Assembly: GCA_015264955.1 (NCBI GenBank) | Contig: JABZYV010000001.1 | Location: 23,722-87,721, forward strand | From: Streptococcus sp. | Lineage (GTDB): Bacteria > Bacillota > Bacilli > Lactobacillales > Aerococcaceae | DNA: 64,000 nt | Reading direction: 5' to 3' | In this document: in pieces, positions 21,574-32,887 of the stretch | Numbering within the stretch: position 1 is the stretch's first letter | How the letters are laid out: each line of letters opens with the position of its first letter | Notes under the pieces: generated by a model | Seen by the model: the letters and a program-made list of their open reading frames with translations, nothing else | Told to the model about the DNA's origin: nothing | The model's database searches: none | Program-made: the position numbers and the translations under genes

Positions 21574-22518
21574 ATGGAATTGCAATTTCTAGGAACAGGT
21601 GCTGGCGTGCCTTCTAAAATGAGAAACGTCACTTCAATTGCATTAAAGCTTCTCGATGAGATTAATGAAGTGTGGTTATTCGATTGCGGAGAAGCTACAC
21701 AGCAACAAATTTTAAATACTAATATTCGTCCAGGGAAAATCAAGAAGATTTTTATTACGCATATGCACGGAGATCATATTTTTGGCTTACCTGGATTACT
21801 CACTAGTCGCTCTTTCCAAGGTGGAGAAGATGATTTAACCCTTTATGGTCCTAAAGGAATTAAGAACTTTATCGACACAACGATTCAATCTTCTTGTTCT
21901 AAATTGGGATATCCTTTAAAAGTGGTTGAATTTGAAAAAGAAGGCCTTCTTTTCGAAGATAAACATTTTAAAGTAGAGATGAAGCGACTCGAACATGGGA
22001 TTCCTTCATATGGATTCCGTGTGACAGAGAAGGATCAACCAGGCGAACTGCAAGCGGACCGTCTAAAAGAGTTAGGAATTCCTTTTGGGCCACTCTTTGG
22101 TAAGTTGAAAAAAGGAGAAACCATTACTCTAGAAGATGGAACTGTCGTGAACGGACAAGATTATATTTCTCCGGATATTAAAGGACGAGTTGTGACCATT
22201 TGCGGGGATACTCGTAAATGTGAAGCTAGTGAAATCTTAGCCTATCGTTCGGACGTTCTCGTTCACGAGGCGACATACGAAGGAGATAAAGCGCAACAAG
22301 CCTATCGCCATTTCCATTCAACAAGTCTTCAAGCGGCTGAAGTGGCTAAAAATGCCGAAGTGAAGCGACTTTTATTAACGCATATCAGTGCTCGCTATCT
22401 TGGAAAACAATCTCAAGAATTAGAAGACGAGGCTAAAAAGATTTTTGAAAATGTTCAAGTTGTCAAAGACTTCGACATTGTGACTGTTGAAAGGATTAAA
22501 CATCATGAAGGACGCTAA
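21574..22518 (+). CDS. rnz: Ribonuclease Z (tRNA 3' endonuclease)
   Basis: Metallo-beta-lactamase HxHxDH (ITHMHGDH) in a 314-aa RNase Z architecture. Confidence 0.9.
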   Translation: MELQFLGTGAGVPSKMRNVTSIALKLLDEINEVWLFDCGEATQQQILNTNIRPGKIKKIFITHMHGDHIFGLPGLLTSRSFQGGEDDLTLYGPKGIKNFIDTTIQSSCSKLGYPLKVVEFEKEGLLFEDKHFKVEMKRLEHGIPSYGFRVTEKDQPGELQADRLKELGIPFGPLFGKLKKGETITLEDGTVVNGQDYISPDIKGRVVTICGDTRKCEASEILAYRSDVLVHEATYEGDKAQQAYRHFHSTSLQAAEVAKNAEVKRLLLTHISARYLGKQSQELEDEAKKIFENVQVVKDFDIVTVERIKHHEGR

Positions 22519-23302
22519 ATGGTTTACAAATCAAGTGGCTCTTGTGACCGGAGCTAGCGGTGGGCTTGGCGCACAAATCGCATTGGAATTAGCTAAAAGA
22601 GATGTGCAACTCATTCTTGTGGCTCGAAACACTGCTAAACTAGAACAAGTAGCTGCGGAGTGCAAATTGAACACGTCTAAACCTGTCGATATTTATTCGT
22701 GTGATTTAACCGATGATGCGTCTGTTCAAGAATTATTAGCAACTCTTGATGAAGCATACAAAATTACGATGGTCATCAACAATGCAGGCCTTGGTTACCT
22801 TAAATTAGCTAAAGATTTAAGTGAATCTGAGATTAATCAAATGCTTCAGTTAAACTTGAATACATTAATTAATATCACTCAGCATTTTGTACCTAGGTTT
22901 ATTGAAGATAAGGGCGGAGTAATTGTGAATATCGCTTCTCAAGCTGGAAAATCGGCAACGGTAAAATCATCCGTGTATTCAGCAACTAAATTTGGAGTAT
23001 TAGGGTATTCGAATGCACTACGTTTGGAATTAAAACCTTATGGTATCCATGTGATGACTGTAAATCCAGGTCCGATTGCGACAGACTTCTTTGATAAAGC
23101 CGAGCCAACTGGAAAATACTTAGAGCAATTAGGTGCTGTAGTATTAGATCCAGTGAAGGTTGCAGGAGAAGTTGTTAAAGGAATTGAAAGAGAAAAACGT
23201 GAAGTGAATTTGCCAAAAACAATGAACTTTGCGAGTAAATTAAATGTGTTATTCCCGAAAATAGGAGACAAACTATTAGGGAGTATTTTCAATAAAAAGT
23301 AG
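22505..23302 (+). CDS. Short-chain dehydrogenase/reductase (SDR)
   Basis: TGASGGLG Rossmann motif, NNAG, catalytic YSATK. Confidence 0.85.
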   Translation: MKDAKWFTNQVALVTGASGGLGAQIALELAKRDVQLILVARNTAKLEQVAAECKLNTSKPVDIYSCDLTDDASVQELLATLDEAYKITMVINNAGLGYLKLAKDLSESEINQMLQLNLNTLINITQHFVPRFIEDKGGVIVNIASQAGKSATVKSSVYSATKFGVLGYSNALRLELKPYGIHVMTVNPGPIATDFFDKAEPTGKYLEQLGAVVLDPVKVAGEVVKGIEREKREVNLPKTMNFASKLNVLFPKIGDKLLGSIFNKK

Positions 23303-23314
23303 AGGAGGTGTACG

Positions 23315-25639
23315 ATGAGTTTTGCAAATTATGCATGGAAGTTAAAAGAGAATGTGAATGAAGGACTCGTAATGTCTCTTGCAAGTGAAAGTGGAGTATC
23401 TGAGAACCTCGTTCGCTTATGTGTGGAACGTGGGATTCAAACAGCAGAAGAGTTGCAAGAATTTCTTTCGCCAACACCTCATCTAATTCACGATCCATTT
23501 CTATTACATGATATGGATAAAGCGGTAGGGCGAATTCAAGAAGCCATTGAAAATGGTGAATTAATTCATATATATGGCGACTATGATGCAGACGGAATTA
23601 CGAGTACAACGATTCTCTACGAAACTCTTGAAATGCTAGGAGCTCAAGTATCGTACTATTTACCGAATCGCTTTACAGATGGCTATGGCCCGAATATTCC
23701 AGCATTCCAACGTGCGATAAAAGAAGGCCATACGCTTATTATTACTGTAGACTGTGGGATTGCAGCGCATGAACCAATTCGCTATGCGATGGAAAATGGT
23801 TGTGATGTGATTTTAACGGATCACCATGAAATTCCAAGTGAAATTCCAGAAGCATACGCGGTTGTCCATCCTCGTCATCCAGAGGCAAACTACCCATGTG
23901 GAGACTTATCTGGTGCTGGAGTAGCATTTAAGCTTGCTCACGCGCTTCTAGGAGAGTTTCCAGAAGAAATGGTAGAACTAGCTGCTATTGGAACGATTGC
24001 GGACTTAGTGAGCCTTACAGATGAAAATAGAACGATTGCTAAACTTGGAATTGCTCAAATGAAACAAACACAGCGTATTGGGCTTGTGACACTCATTGAG
24101 AAGTTATCCGTTAAAGTGGATAAATTAGATGAGAAGACAATTGGTTTCCAAATCGGGCCGCGTTTAAACGCGCTAGGTCGACTTGGAGATGCCACTCCAG
24201 GAGTTCAATTGCTGACGACATTTGACGATGAAGAAGCACAAAGTATTGTTGATTTCATGCAATCAGAAAACGAAAGACGTCAATCAATCGTAAATCAAAT
24301 CGTCGAAGAAGCCACTCCGATCATTCAAGAACAGATGAATCAACCAATCCTTGTGTTAGCTCAACCAGGTTGGCATGAAGGCGTTCTTGGAATTGTAGCG
24401 AGTCGAATCGTTGAACAGACGGGAAAACCAACCATCGTTTTAGGAATAAGTGAAGACGGCTTAACAGCAAAAGGTAGCGGTCGTTCATTTGGAGAATTTA
24501 ATCTCTATGATGCGTTAACTAGTGTGAAAAATCATCTCCTAAAATTCGGTGGACATCATATGGCTGCTGGATTGACAGTTGAAACGATACTGCTTCCAAC
24601 GATTATCGAGGGACTAGAACAATATGCAAAAGACCATCAAGATTTATTAGATGCGAAGGCGACGTTAACGATTGATGAAGTTCTTCCATTAAAAGACATT
24701 ACGGTCGAATGGATTGAATCATTAGCTAGCTTGAAACCATTTGGTACGGATAATCCAGAACCGGTTGTTTCTCTAGAAGGCATTCAAGTAGCTTCGACTC
24801 AATTACTTGGAGCGGATAAACAGCACTTGAAACTTAATTTGAAAGAGTCCAATTCTTCAAACACACTTCAGGCGATGGCCTTTAGTAAAGGGGAATGGGC
24901 AGTATCTCTTCAACCAGATACGAAGATTAGTGTTGCTGGGACGTTAGAGATTAATGAATGGCAAAATAATCGTCTTCCTCAATTATTAGTAAAAGATATT
25001 GCTGTTAAAGGTAGAGTCGTTATCGATTGGCGCACTTCTAAGATTACAAAAGATCATCTAGCTGTTGAAAATGCACTTTATCTAGCAACAAACGAAGTGT
25101 ATTTGAAAGAACTAGAAACAAGAATTCCAAGTACCTCAAGCGTGATGGATTTTGCATCCTTTGTAACTGGAAACGAAATCCCAACGGCTAAAGCAATTGT
25201 GTTATTCGATTTGCCAGAGAAAGTGGAAGAAGTGGAATCCTTCTTTAAAATGAAATGGACTCAACCTCTTTATGTAATCGCATATACGAAGAATTCCGTT
25301 GTGACAACTGGTATTCCAGACAAGCCTAAATTTGGTAGTGTGTATAAATATATCCAATCACATGGACAAATTCCTTATAATGAAAAATTAGTTTCGGTGG
25401 CTGGATTCCTAAAAATTCCAGTCGAACAATTCCGAGTGATATTAAAAGTGTTTTTTGAGTTGGAATTTGTTAAAATAGTAGATGGACATTTGATGATTAA
25501 CGAAAGTCCAAAAACAAATGACTTAGAAGAGTCAACCTTATTGAAAAAGTTAAATGAACAAATGTTGCTTGAAAAGAAATTCAACTATAGCCAGTTCCAA
25601 GAACTAAAGAGTTGGATGGACTCACAACAAGGTAAATAA
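23315..25639 (+). CDS. recJ: Single-stranded-DNA-specific exonuclease RecJ
   Basis: DHH motifs (DYDADGITS, LTDHH), DHHA1 domain, OB-fold C-terminus. 774 aa. Confidence 0.95.
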   Translation: MSFANYAWKLKENVNEGLVMSLASESGVSENLVRLCVERGIQTAEELQEFLSPTPHLIHDPFLLHDMDKAVGRIQEAIENGELIHIYGDYDADGITSTTILYETLEMLGAQVSYYLPNRFTDGYGPNIPAFQRAIKEGHTLIITVDCGIAAHEPIRYAMENGCDVILTDHHEIPSEIPEAYAVVHPRHPEANYPCGDLSGAGVAFKLAHALLGEFPEEMVELAAIGTIADLVSLTDENRTIAKLGIAQMKQTQRIGLVTLIEKLSVKVDKLDEKTIGFQIGPRLNALGRLGDATPGVQLLTTFDDEEAQSIVDFMQSENERRQSIVNQIVEEATPIIQEQMNQPILVLAQPGWHEGVLGIVASRIVEQTGKPTIVLGISEDGLTAKGSGRSFGEFNLYDALTSVKNHLLKFGGHHMAAGLTVETILLPTIIEGLEQYAKDHQDLLDAKATLTIDEVLPLKDITVEWIESLASLKPFGTDNPEPVVSLEGIQVASTQLLGADKQHLKLNLKESNSSNTLQAMAFSKGEWAVSLQPDTKISVAGTLEINEWQNNRLPQLLVKDIAVKGRVVIDWRTSKITKDHLAVENALYLATNEVYLKELETRIPSTSSVMDFASFVTGNEIPTAKAIVLFDLPEKVEEVESFFKMKWTQPLYVIAYTKNSVVTTGIPDKPKFGSVYKYIQSHGQIPYNEKLVSVAGFLKIPVEQFRVILKVFFELEFVKIVDGHLMINESPKTNDLEESTLLKKLNEQMLLEKKFNYSQFQELKSWMDSQQGK

Positions 25640-25654
25640 AAGGAGGAGTTCTCA

Positions 25655-26182
25655 ATGAACTTGAAAGAATATATTGCTAGTGTTCCAAACTATCCTAAAG
25701 AGGGTATTATTTTCCGTGATATTTCACCATTAATGGCTAACGGTAAAGCATACCAATACGCAACACAACAAATCGTTGACTATGCACGTAAAGTTGGTGC
25801 GGAAATGATTGTTGGACCAGAAGCACGTGGATTTATCGTTGGATGTCCAGTAGCGTACGAATTAGGAATTGGTTTTGCACCAGCTCGTAAAAAAGGGAAA
25901 TTACCTCGTGAAACAGTCGCTGTTGAATATGATTTAGAATATGGTTCAGCAGAATTACATTTACACAAAGATGCTGTAAAACCTGGCCAAAAAGTTCTTA
26001 TCTGTGACGACTTATTAGCAACAGGTGGAACAATGGCTGCCGCTGCAAAATTAGTTGAAAAACTTGGCGGTGAAGTAGTTGGTTTAGCTTTCTTAGTAGA
26101 GTTAACAGACTTGAAAGGTCGCGAAAAAATTAGCGAATATGACATCTTCACATTAATGGAATACACTGAAGACGAAAGATAA
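25655..26182 (+). CDS. apt: Adenine phosphoribosyltransferase
   Basis: PRPP-binding motif [13 protein letters not shown]. recJ-apt synteny. Confidence 0.95.
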   Translation: MNLKEYIASVPNYPKEGIIFRDISPLMANGKAYQYATQQIVDYARKVGAEMIVGPEARGFIVGCPVAYELGIGFAPARKKGKLPRETVAVEYDLEYGSAELHLHKDAVKPGQKVLICDDLLATGGTMAAAAKLVEKLGGEVVGLAFLVELTDLKGREKISEYDIFTLMEYTEDER

Positions 26183-26194
26183 TCTAAATAAAGA

Positions 26195-26232
26195 AGACTT
26201 CCTTAGCATAGGGCTAGGGAAGTCTATTTTTT
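26195..26232. terminator. Bidirectional terminator between apt (+) and mvaA (-)
   Basis: AGACTTCCTTAG ... CTAGGGAAGTCT hairpin flanked by T-runs. Confidence 0.6.
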
Positions 26233-27512
26233 TATTTTCTTAATTCTTCTAATAAAGATTTGGCAGTTTCTTGATTTAAATGTGGGGCTTTAGCGAGTAA
26301 GTTCATTAGTAGCGGAAGTTCTTCCTCGGTCGCGCCAACAGCAAGTCCCAATGATTTGGCTTGGAGTCGCATATGGCCTTTTTGAATGCCGTCCGTCACA
26401 AGAGCTCTTACAGCAGCAAGGTTTTGTGCCAAACCAATTGAAGCGATAATTCCTGCTAGTTCAATAGCACTTGGATGACCGAGTAACTCGTGTGCAAATT
26501 GTGCACCTGGATGAATGGAAATAGAACCTCCAACCGTTCCGACAGGAAGAGGAAGAGTGATAGTACCCACTAAGTTTCCAGCTTCATCCTTTGTCCAGCT
26601 TGTCAGTGGTTGATATTGGCAGTTTAAACTTGCATAAGCGTGAGCACCAGCTTCTATCGCACGCCAGTCATTTCCGGTAGCGATAACGACAGAATCAATA
26701 CCATTCATAATACCTTTATTATGCGTTGTTGCACGGTATGGATCTGCTTTTGAAAATTCACTTGCTAAAACGATTCGATCTATTACATCTTCGCCTTTAG
26801 TCGTTCTAGTATCTAAGATTCTTGGTGAGAGGACACATCTAGCTGTCACAATTGAGTTTGTAGCAAGATTTGAGAGAATAGCCATAGTACTTTCGCCACC
26901 AGTCAATGCCTCAATAGGTGAAACGAGCGCTTCTAGGATGGTGTTCAGCATATTTGCTCCCATGGCTTCCTTTGTATCCACAGATACGTAGAAAATGTAA
27001 AATCTTTCTTTGTCAGTAGATTTTTCTTCGACCCATATTTCTCGAATTCCTCCGCCACGTTTCACGATAGAAGGGTGAGCATTATTAGCAATTGTAAATA
27101 ATGATTCTTTCTGTTCGTCAAGTTTAGTTTTTACTTCTTCGAGTGTTAGAGGAGATTTTACAATGGCAATTTCTCCAATCATTTCACGTTTTTCTTGAAC
27201 AGTTGTCGTACCATCAGCCATGTTGATTAATTTTGAAGCATAGCTCGCCGCAGCGATAACAGAAGGTTCTTCCGTCACCATTGGAACAATATAGCTTTTT
27301 CCATTCACAATTAATTCTGGAACGATTCCATACGGAAGACCGTATACTTCAATTTGATTTTCTACCATTTGGTTAGCAATGGACTCTGGTAGTACAAGAC
27401 CTTTTTCGAGTAATACTTTGGCTTCGTTCGATAAGTTTGGATGATTTAATAAAGTTTCTTTTCTTTCTTCAAGAGACTTTTGATAAAACTTGTAAAAAGG
27501 GTTATTTTGCAT
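26232..27512 (-). CDS. mvaA: Class II HMG-CoA reductase (mevalonate pathway)
   Basis: 426 aa with class II signatures (EEPSVIAAASYASKL, ...MGANM..., GTVGG). Confidence 0.85.
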   Translation of the reverse strand: MQNNPFYKFYQKSLEERKETLLNHPNLSNEAKVLLEKGLVLPESIANQMVENQIEVYGLPYGIVPELIVNGKSYIVPMVTEEPSVIAAASYASKLINMADGTTTVQEKREMIGEIAIVKSPLTLEEVKTKLDEQKESLFTIANNAHPSIVKRGGGIREIWVEEKSTDKERFYIFYVSVDTKEAMGANMLNTILEALVSPIEALTGGESTMAILSNLATNSIVTARCVLSPRILDTRTTKGEDVIDRIVLASEFSKADPYRATTHNKGIMNGIDSVVIATGNDWRAIEAGAHAYASLNCQYQPLTSWTKDEAGNLVGTITLPLPVGTVGGSISIHPGAQFAHELLGHPSAIELAGIIASIGLAQNLAAVRALVTDGIQKGHMRLQAKSLGLAVGATEEELPLLMNLLAKAPHLNQETAKSLLEELRK

Positions 27513-27628
27513 CGATGTGCTCCTTTCTTGCTTTCATTCAGTATAACAAATTTTTACAGTTTGCGGGTATGATACAGGTAAATTTTTCAAAAATGAGGTA
27601 CACTAGTAAACGTGAAAGGAGAGATTTT

Positions 27629-28219
27629 ATGGAATTTATTCGTGAAGTGAATGGTCACCGTCTAATCTTAGTGGCTGATGAAGAGTATCAAAAAGAAGCA
27701 GAAGATATGCTTACTTTCGTAGAAGAATATTTTGAGGAGAATTGGGACGAGGTCGACACTTTAATTCCAATCCATTATGGACAAGTGAAAGTCATTCCTA
27801 AAGGGGAAGATTTTCAAGTAGTCGTTCAAAATTACGAACATAAACTACTAGATGAATGGGTAGAAGATTTCTCTTATTTCTTAGATATTATTCGTAAAAC
27901 AATTCAAACTGGTAAGCGTACGAAAACATTAGGACGTCTCATTCCATTCCGCTTTGACGGACCGTTAGTGATTGCTAACCATACTTTTGAAGTGGATGAG
28001 TGGTATGCACATCGTTTTGATGATGAAACTTGGTATATTGCTCCAATCGATCAAACGATTGATCCGCAACCGCTAGAAGGAAATCAAGCGTATGAAATCT
28101 TTCCAGATTATCCAGAATTATATGAAGTGATGCATTTACCAACAGACTATATTATCTTATTCAAAGGACATGAGATTGTTTCGGTGTTGAATACGGATAG
28201 TGTAGATGTGTGGAACTAG
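27629..28219 (+). CDS. Hypothetical acidic cytoplasmic protein (196 aa), no recognised domain
   Basis: RBS GAAAGGAGAG before the ATG at 27629. The ORF-track start at 27437 has no RBS and overlaps the divergent promoter region. Confidence 0.5.
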   Translation: MEFIREVNGHRLILVADEEYQKEAEDMLTFVEEYFEENWDEVDTLIPIHYGQVKVIPKGEDFQVVVQNYEHKLLDEWVEDFSYFLDIIRKTIQTGKRTKTLGRLIPFRFDGPLVIANHTFEVDEWYAHRFDDETWYIAPIDQTIDPQPLEGNQAYEIFPDYPELYEVMHLPTDYIILFKGHEIVSVLNTDSVDVWN

Positions 28220-28240
28220 TCAATTACGAAAGGATGTACT

Positions 28241-28984
28241 ATGGTAGAATCAATTTGTCGTATGAATCATGTTGTGAAGGCGTATGAATGTAATTGGAAA
28301 GGAGAATTATCTCTTAGCCATGTAGTCGGGATTATGATGCTAGCTTCGCGTAAACAAGAACGAGGTCTAGCGCATCCTGATTTGATCTATCAAAAAGGTC
28401 TTTCATGGATTGTGATTCAAAACCAATTAACGGTCAATCGTCTTCCTAAATTAGAAGAAGAAATTATTATCGAGACAGAACCAGTTGGATATAACAAGTT
28501 CTTTACGTTCCGTCGTTATACGATTTTGTCTCTAGATGAAGAAGTACTTGTAGACGCATTAACGACTTTCTCAATGATTAATATTGAAGAGAGAAAACTC
28601 ATCTCACTCGATGAAGAAGTGCTTAGTGAATATCCAATTGAGAATAAAAAGGATACTCGTCGTAATCCAAGAGTTCCTAAAATCGATTTAGAGAATGCAA
28701 GTGTTCAAACGTATCGTGTTCGTTTAAATGATATCGATTATAATCACCATGTGAATAACGCGAAGTATTTTGATTGGGTAATGGATAGCCTTGGAATGGA
28801 CTTTATTAAGACTCATTCATTAAAATCAGTTCTTGTAAAATATGATAAGGAAATTCTTCCAGAAGCTACCGTTAAGAGTTTTTATGAAATTCGTGAAACT
28901 GAAAACGGAGTTCAAACATTACACCAACTAGAATCAGATGATCAAAAATGTTGCCACTTATCTCTTGAGTGGGAAATTAAATAA
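28241..28984 (+). CDS. Acyl-ACP thioesterase (FatA/FatB-like hotdog family)
   Basis: Double-hotdog length (247 aa). Conserved ...DYNHHVNNAKY... catalytic region typical of the acyl-ACP thioesterase family. Confidence 0.7.
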   Translation: MVESICRMNHVVKAYECNWKGELSLSHVVGIMMLASRKQERGLAHPDLIYQKGLSWIVIQNQLTVNRLPKLEEEIIIETEPVGYNKFFTFRRYTILSLDEEVLVDALTTFSMINIEERKLISLDEEVLSEYPIENKKDTRRNPRVPKIDLENASVQTYRVRLNDIDYNHHVNNAKYFDWVMDSLGMDFIKTHSLKSVLVKYDKEILPEATVKSFYEIRETENGVQTLHQLESDDQKCCHLSLEWEIK

Positions 28985-28989
28985 AATCC

Positions 28990-29018
28990 TTGTATTTTTA
29001 TAGGAAATAGGGTACAAT
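28990..29018 (+). promoter_or_regulatory. Sigma-A promoter of rpsD (TTGTAT, 17-nt spacer, TACAAT)
   Basis: Hexamers read directly with 17-nt spacing. Confidence 0.55.
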
Positions 29019-29024
29019 ACTTTT

Positions 29025-29190
29025 TGTGTAAAATATGCAGCAGAAATATAGAAGCTCGTCAACAGTCCTAGCCTTTAGGGTAAGGTAGTAACCGCGGCTG
29101 CAAAGGTGAACCCTTGTAGAGACTGCACGAATCGAAGATTTCGCGATTATTTTACTCCAAAAAAATAAACAATTATTGGAGGAATGTTCA
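29025..29190 (+). promoter_or_regulatory. Long structured rpsD 5' leader (candidate S4 autoregulatory element)
   Basis: A roughly 170-nt GC-enriched leader with complementary segments (CCGCGGCTGCAAAGGTGAACCCTTGTAGAGACTGCA). By established knowledge, S4 represses its own mRNA by binding a leader pseudoknot in Bacillus. Confidence 0.4.
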
Positions 29191-29802
29191 ATGTCACGTT
29201 ACACTGGACCAAGCTGGAAGTTATCTCGTCGTTTAGGCATTTCACTTTCAGGAACAGGAAAAGAAATCGCTCGTCGTCCATACGCACCAGGTCAACACGG
29301 ACCAAACAGCCGTAAAAAATTATCTGAGTATGGTCAACAATTACAAGAAAAACAAAAACTACGTCATATGTATGGTATGAACGAACGTCAATTTGCTACT
29401 TTATTCAAAAAAGCTGGCAAAATTAAAGAAGGTAAACATGGTGAAAACTTCATGGTTCTTCTTGAACAACGTTTAGATAACGTAGTATACCGTTTAGGTT
29501 TAGCAACTACTCGTCGTCAAGCACGTCAATTAGTTAACCACGGTCACATCACTGTGAACGGTAAACGCGTAGATATCCCTTCATTCCAAGTACAAGTTGG
29601 CGATGTTGTGGGTGTTCGTGAAAAATCACGTAACTTAACAATCATTAAAGAAGCTTTAGAAGCTTTATATGGTCGTCCAGAGTTCGTTACTTTCGACGAA
29701 GAAAAATTAGAAGGTTCATTAAACCGTCTACCATTACGTGACGAGTTAACTTCTGAAGTTGACGAATCACTAGTTGTCGAATATTACAACAAACTTGGCT
29801 AA
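29191..29802 (+). CDS. rpsD: 30S ribosomal protein S4
   Basis: [16 protein letters not shown]... is the canonical S4 N-terminus. ATG 29191 sits 7 nt after GGAGG. Confidence 0.95.
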   Translation: MSRYTGPSWKLSRRLGISLSGTGKEIARRPYAPGQHGPNSRKKLSEYGQQLQEKQKLRHMYGMNERQFATLFKKAGKIKEGKHGENFMVLLEQRLDNVVYRLGLATTRRQARQLVNHGHITVNGKRVDIPSFQVQVGDVVGVREKSRNLTIIKEALEALYGRPEFVTFDEEKLEGSLNRLPLRDELTSEVDESLVVEYYNKLG

Positions 29803-29823
29803 TCTTATTAGACAATTTCAGAA

Positions 29824-29858
29824 CTGGAATTCACTATTGTGGATTCCGGTTTTTTTAT
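29824..29858 (+). terminator. rho-independent terminator after rpsD
   Basis: CTGGAATTCAC ... GTGGATTCCGG hairpin plus T7. Confidence 0.65.
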
Positions 29859-29913
29859 TTATAATTTTTGTGAAAGCACATTAAATGATTAGGGAATAAA
29901 GAGGTAGAAGAAT

Positions 29914-30330
29914 ATGATCCGTTATGTTGAAAATCCAAATGTTTCTTTAGAAGAAGTACTGCCTTTATATGAAGCAGTAGGATGGACCAATTACACAACT
30001 AAACCAGAAATGCTTAAAGCAGCTTACGAAAATTCACTTCATATAATAGGAGCATTTAATAACGACGAAAAACTGATTGGTGTCCTTCGCGGTGTTGGAG
30101 ACGGAGCGTCTATTCTGTTTATTCAAGATATACTAGTGTACCCTGAATATCAACATCAAGGGATTGGCACAAAATTGTTACAAGAGACTCTAGAAAAGTA
30201 CAAGAATGTATATCAAATTCAACTAGCAACAGATGATTCAACGAAAACAGTTTCTTTTTATGAGTCTAATGGATTCACAAGTTTAACTTCTCTAAATTGC
30301 GTTTCATTCATATATACTGGAAAGCGGTGA
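29914..30330 (+). CDS. GNAT family N-acetyltransferase
   Basis: Acetyl-CoA binding motif QHQGIGTKLL in a 138-aa GNAT-size product. Confidence 0.7.
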   Translation: MIRYVENPNVSLEEVLPLYEAVGWTNYTTKPEMLKAAYENSLHIIGAFNNDEKLIGVLRGVGDGASILFIQDILVYPEYQHQGIGTKLLQETLEKYKNVYQIQLATDDSTKTVSFYESNGFTSLTSLNCVSFIYTGKR

Positions 30331-30400
30331 GCAAACTTTATCGACTTTCTACGATTCTATGATAGAATGAGAGAGTAAATTAGAGGAAAGAGTGGATACA

Positions 30401-30700
30401 ATGCAATTAACAATCGATAAAAGAGCGCAAGCATGGTTTGAAGAAGAAATGGGTGTATCTAAAGAACGTGGTGTTCGTTTCCTAGGAAAGGTATACGGAT
30501 GCAGTCCGATTCATGAAGGATTCTCACTAGCAGTTGAAGTAGATGCTCCAAGCAATCCTTATGTGAGCGTTGTTGAAAATGGAATTACTTATTTTGTGGA
30601 AACTGGTGACGAATGGTTCTTCCATGGTCATAATTTAGAAGTAGGCTTTGATGAAAAATTAAAAGAACCAAGTTACAGTTATACAAAAATTGTAGACTAA
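30401..30700 (+). CDS. HesB/YadR/YfhF-like small protein (YneR-like), lacks the C-terminal Cys cluster of IscA
   Basis: About 100 aa with MQLTIDKRAQAWF... Cys-less HesB-like fold. Start at ATG 30401 preferred over the GTG at 30392. Confidence 0.5.
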   Translation: MQLTIDKRAQAWFEEEMGVSKERGVRFLGKVYGCSPIHEGFSLAVEVDAPSNPYVSVVENGITYFVETGDEWFFHGHNLEVGFDEKLKEPSYSYTKIVD

Positions 30701-30718
30701 TATTATATAGAAGAAACA

Positions 30719-30750
30719 GGGAGTGAGGCTTTACTTACTCCCGTTTTTAT
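30719..30750 (+). terminator. rho-independent terminator
   Basis: GGGAGTGAGG ... CTTACTCCC hairpin plus T5. Confidence 0.55.
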
Positions 30751-30792
30751 TGGACATTTTTGCCTTTGTAGAGTACAGTTAGGTAGTTATGA

Positions 30793-31959
<1,167 letters not shown>

Positions 31960-32026
31960 AGAATGTAGAAATAAAGCGACTTTTTTGATAAAGTAAGTAC
32001 ATAGAAATTGGAAATGAGGTAAGATT

Positions 32027-32344
32027 ATGGATCAAATGACATTATTAATTGCATACGTTGTTGTAGCAGGGGGAGCGTTCTGGTTCTTCGGACGTAAACA
32101 ACGTCAACGTGCTAAAGAAATTCAAGCGCAAAGAGATGCGATGAAAATTGGAGATAAAGTAGTGACTATCGGCGGATTACACGGTGAAATCTACAATATT
32201 GATACTGTAAATCATACAGTTGACCTTGATTGCGAAGGAGTTATCCTTACATTTGAACGCGCTGCGATTCATCACATTGTTACTGAATCTGCTGCAACAA
32301 ATAATGAAGTTTATACTGATGAAGTAGCAACTGAAGAAGAGTAG
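32027..32344 (+). CDS. yajC: Preprotein translocase subunit YajC
   Basis: Single N-terminal TM segment followed by a conserved YajC core. tgt-yajC synteny. Confidence 0.85.
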   Translation: MDQMTLLIAYVVVAGGAFWFFGRKQRQRAKEIQAQRDAMKIGDKVVTIGGLHGEIYNIDTVNHTVDLDCEGVILTFERAAIHHIVTESAATNNEVYTDEVATEEE

Positions 32345-32347
32345 TCG

Positions 32348-32623
32348 ATGGATAAAGAGAGTTTAAAAAATCAATTTAAAACTTGGTTGTATTATAAAGT
32401 CAGCGAGTTTAATGACTTAGGCTATACAACAATTGAAACGGAAGATCTCGCACATTATTTTGCGGATTACCGTTGGAAGAAGAACCTTCCTGAAAATCTG
32501 TTTGAACAAATCTTTCAGATCAATCAATTAAATATTAATGAGTACTTTGATTTTGAATCTTTAGAAGCGCAAACCAATAAAGAAATCACACTTGAAGATA
32601 TTAATTTAAGTGAATTATTTTAA
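32348..32623 (+). CDS. comN: ComN-like post-transcriptional regulator (YrzD family)
   Basis: 91 aa with a segment ETEDLAHYFADYRWKK resembling B. subtilis ComN. The start is 4 nt after the yajC stop. Confidence 0.5.
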   Translation: MDKESLKNQFKTWLYYKVSEFNDLGYTTIETEDLAHYFADYRWKKNLPENLFEQIFQINQLNINEYFDFESLEAQTNKEITLEDINLSELF

Positions 32624-32627
32624 AGTT

Positions 32628-32660
32628 AAGAAGCTAGCAATTGTCTAGCTTCTTTTTTAT
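32628..32660 (+). terminator. rho-independent terminator after comN
   Basis: GAAGCTAG ... CTAGCTTC perfect hairpin plus T6. Confidence 0.75.
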
Positions 32661-32817
32661 TTTAAAAAGAATGTAAAGGATTACAAAAATATCGCGAAAA
32701 GTATTGATATTTTGGGAATAATGGTTAGAATGGAGATATAGGTTAGGAATAAATTATGAAAAGGGAAATGAAAACAAATGAATCTGTTTTCAAAGGAAAT
32801 TTTTTCGTTGAAAATAG

Positions 32818-32846
32818 TTTACATTTTTACAAAAATAGTGTAAGAT
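32818..32846 (+). promoter_or_regulatory. Sigma-A promoter of adhE (TTTACA, 17-nt spacer, TAAGAT)
   Basis: Hexamers read directly with 17-nt spacing. Confidence 0.5.
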
Positions 32847-32851
32847 AAGAA

Positions 32852-32871
32852 TGTGATAAAAATAACAAACA
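32852..32871 (+). promoter_or_regulatory. Candidate Rex operator half-palindrome (TGTGATAAAAATAACAAACA) overlapping the adhE transcription start
   Basis: TGTGA ... ACAA resembles the Rex consensus TTGTGAA-N4-6-TTCACAA with an imperfect right half. adhE is a typical Rex target. Confidence 0.3.
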
Positions 32872-32887
32872 CTGGGGGAAATCACAA

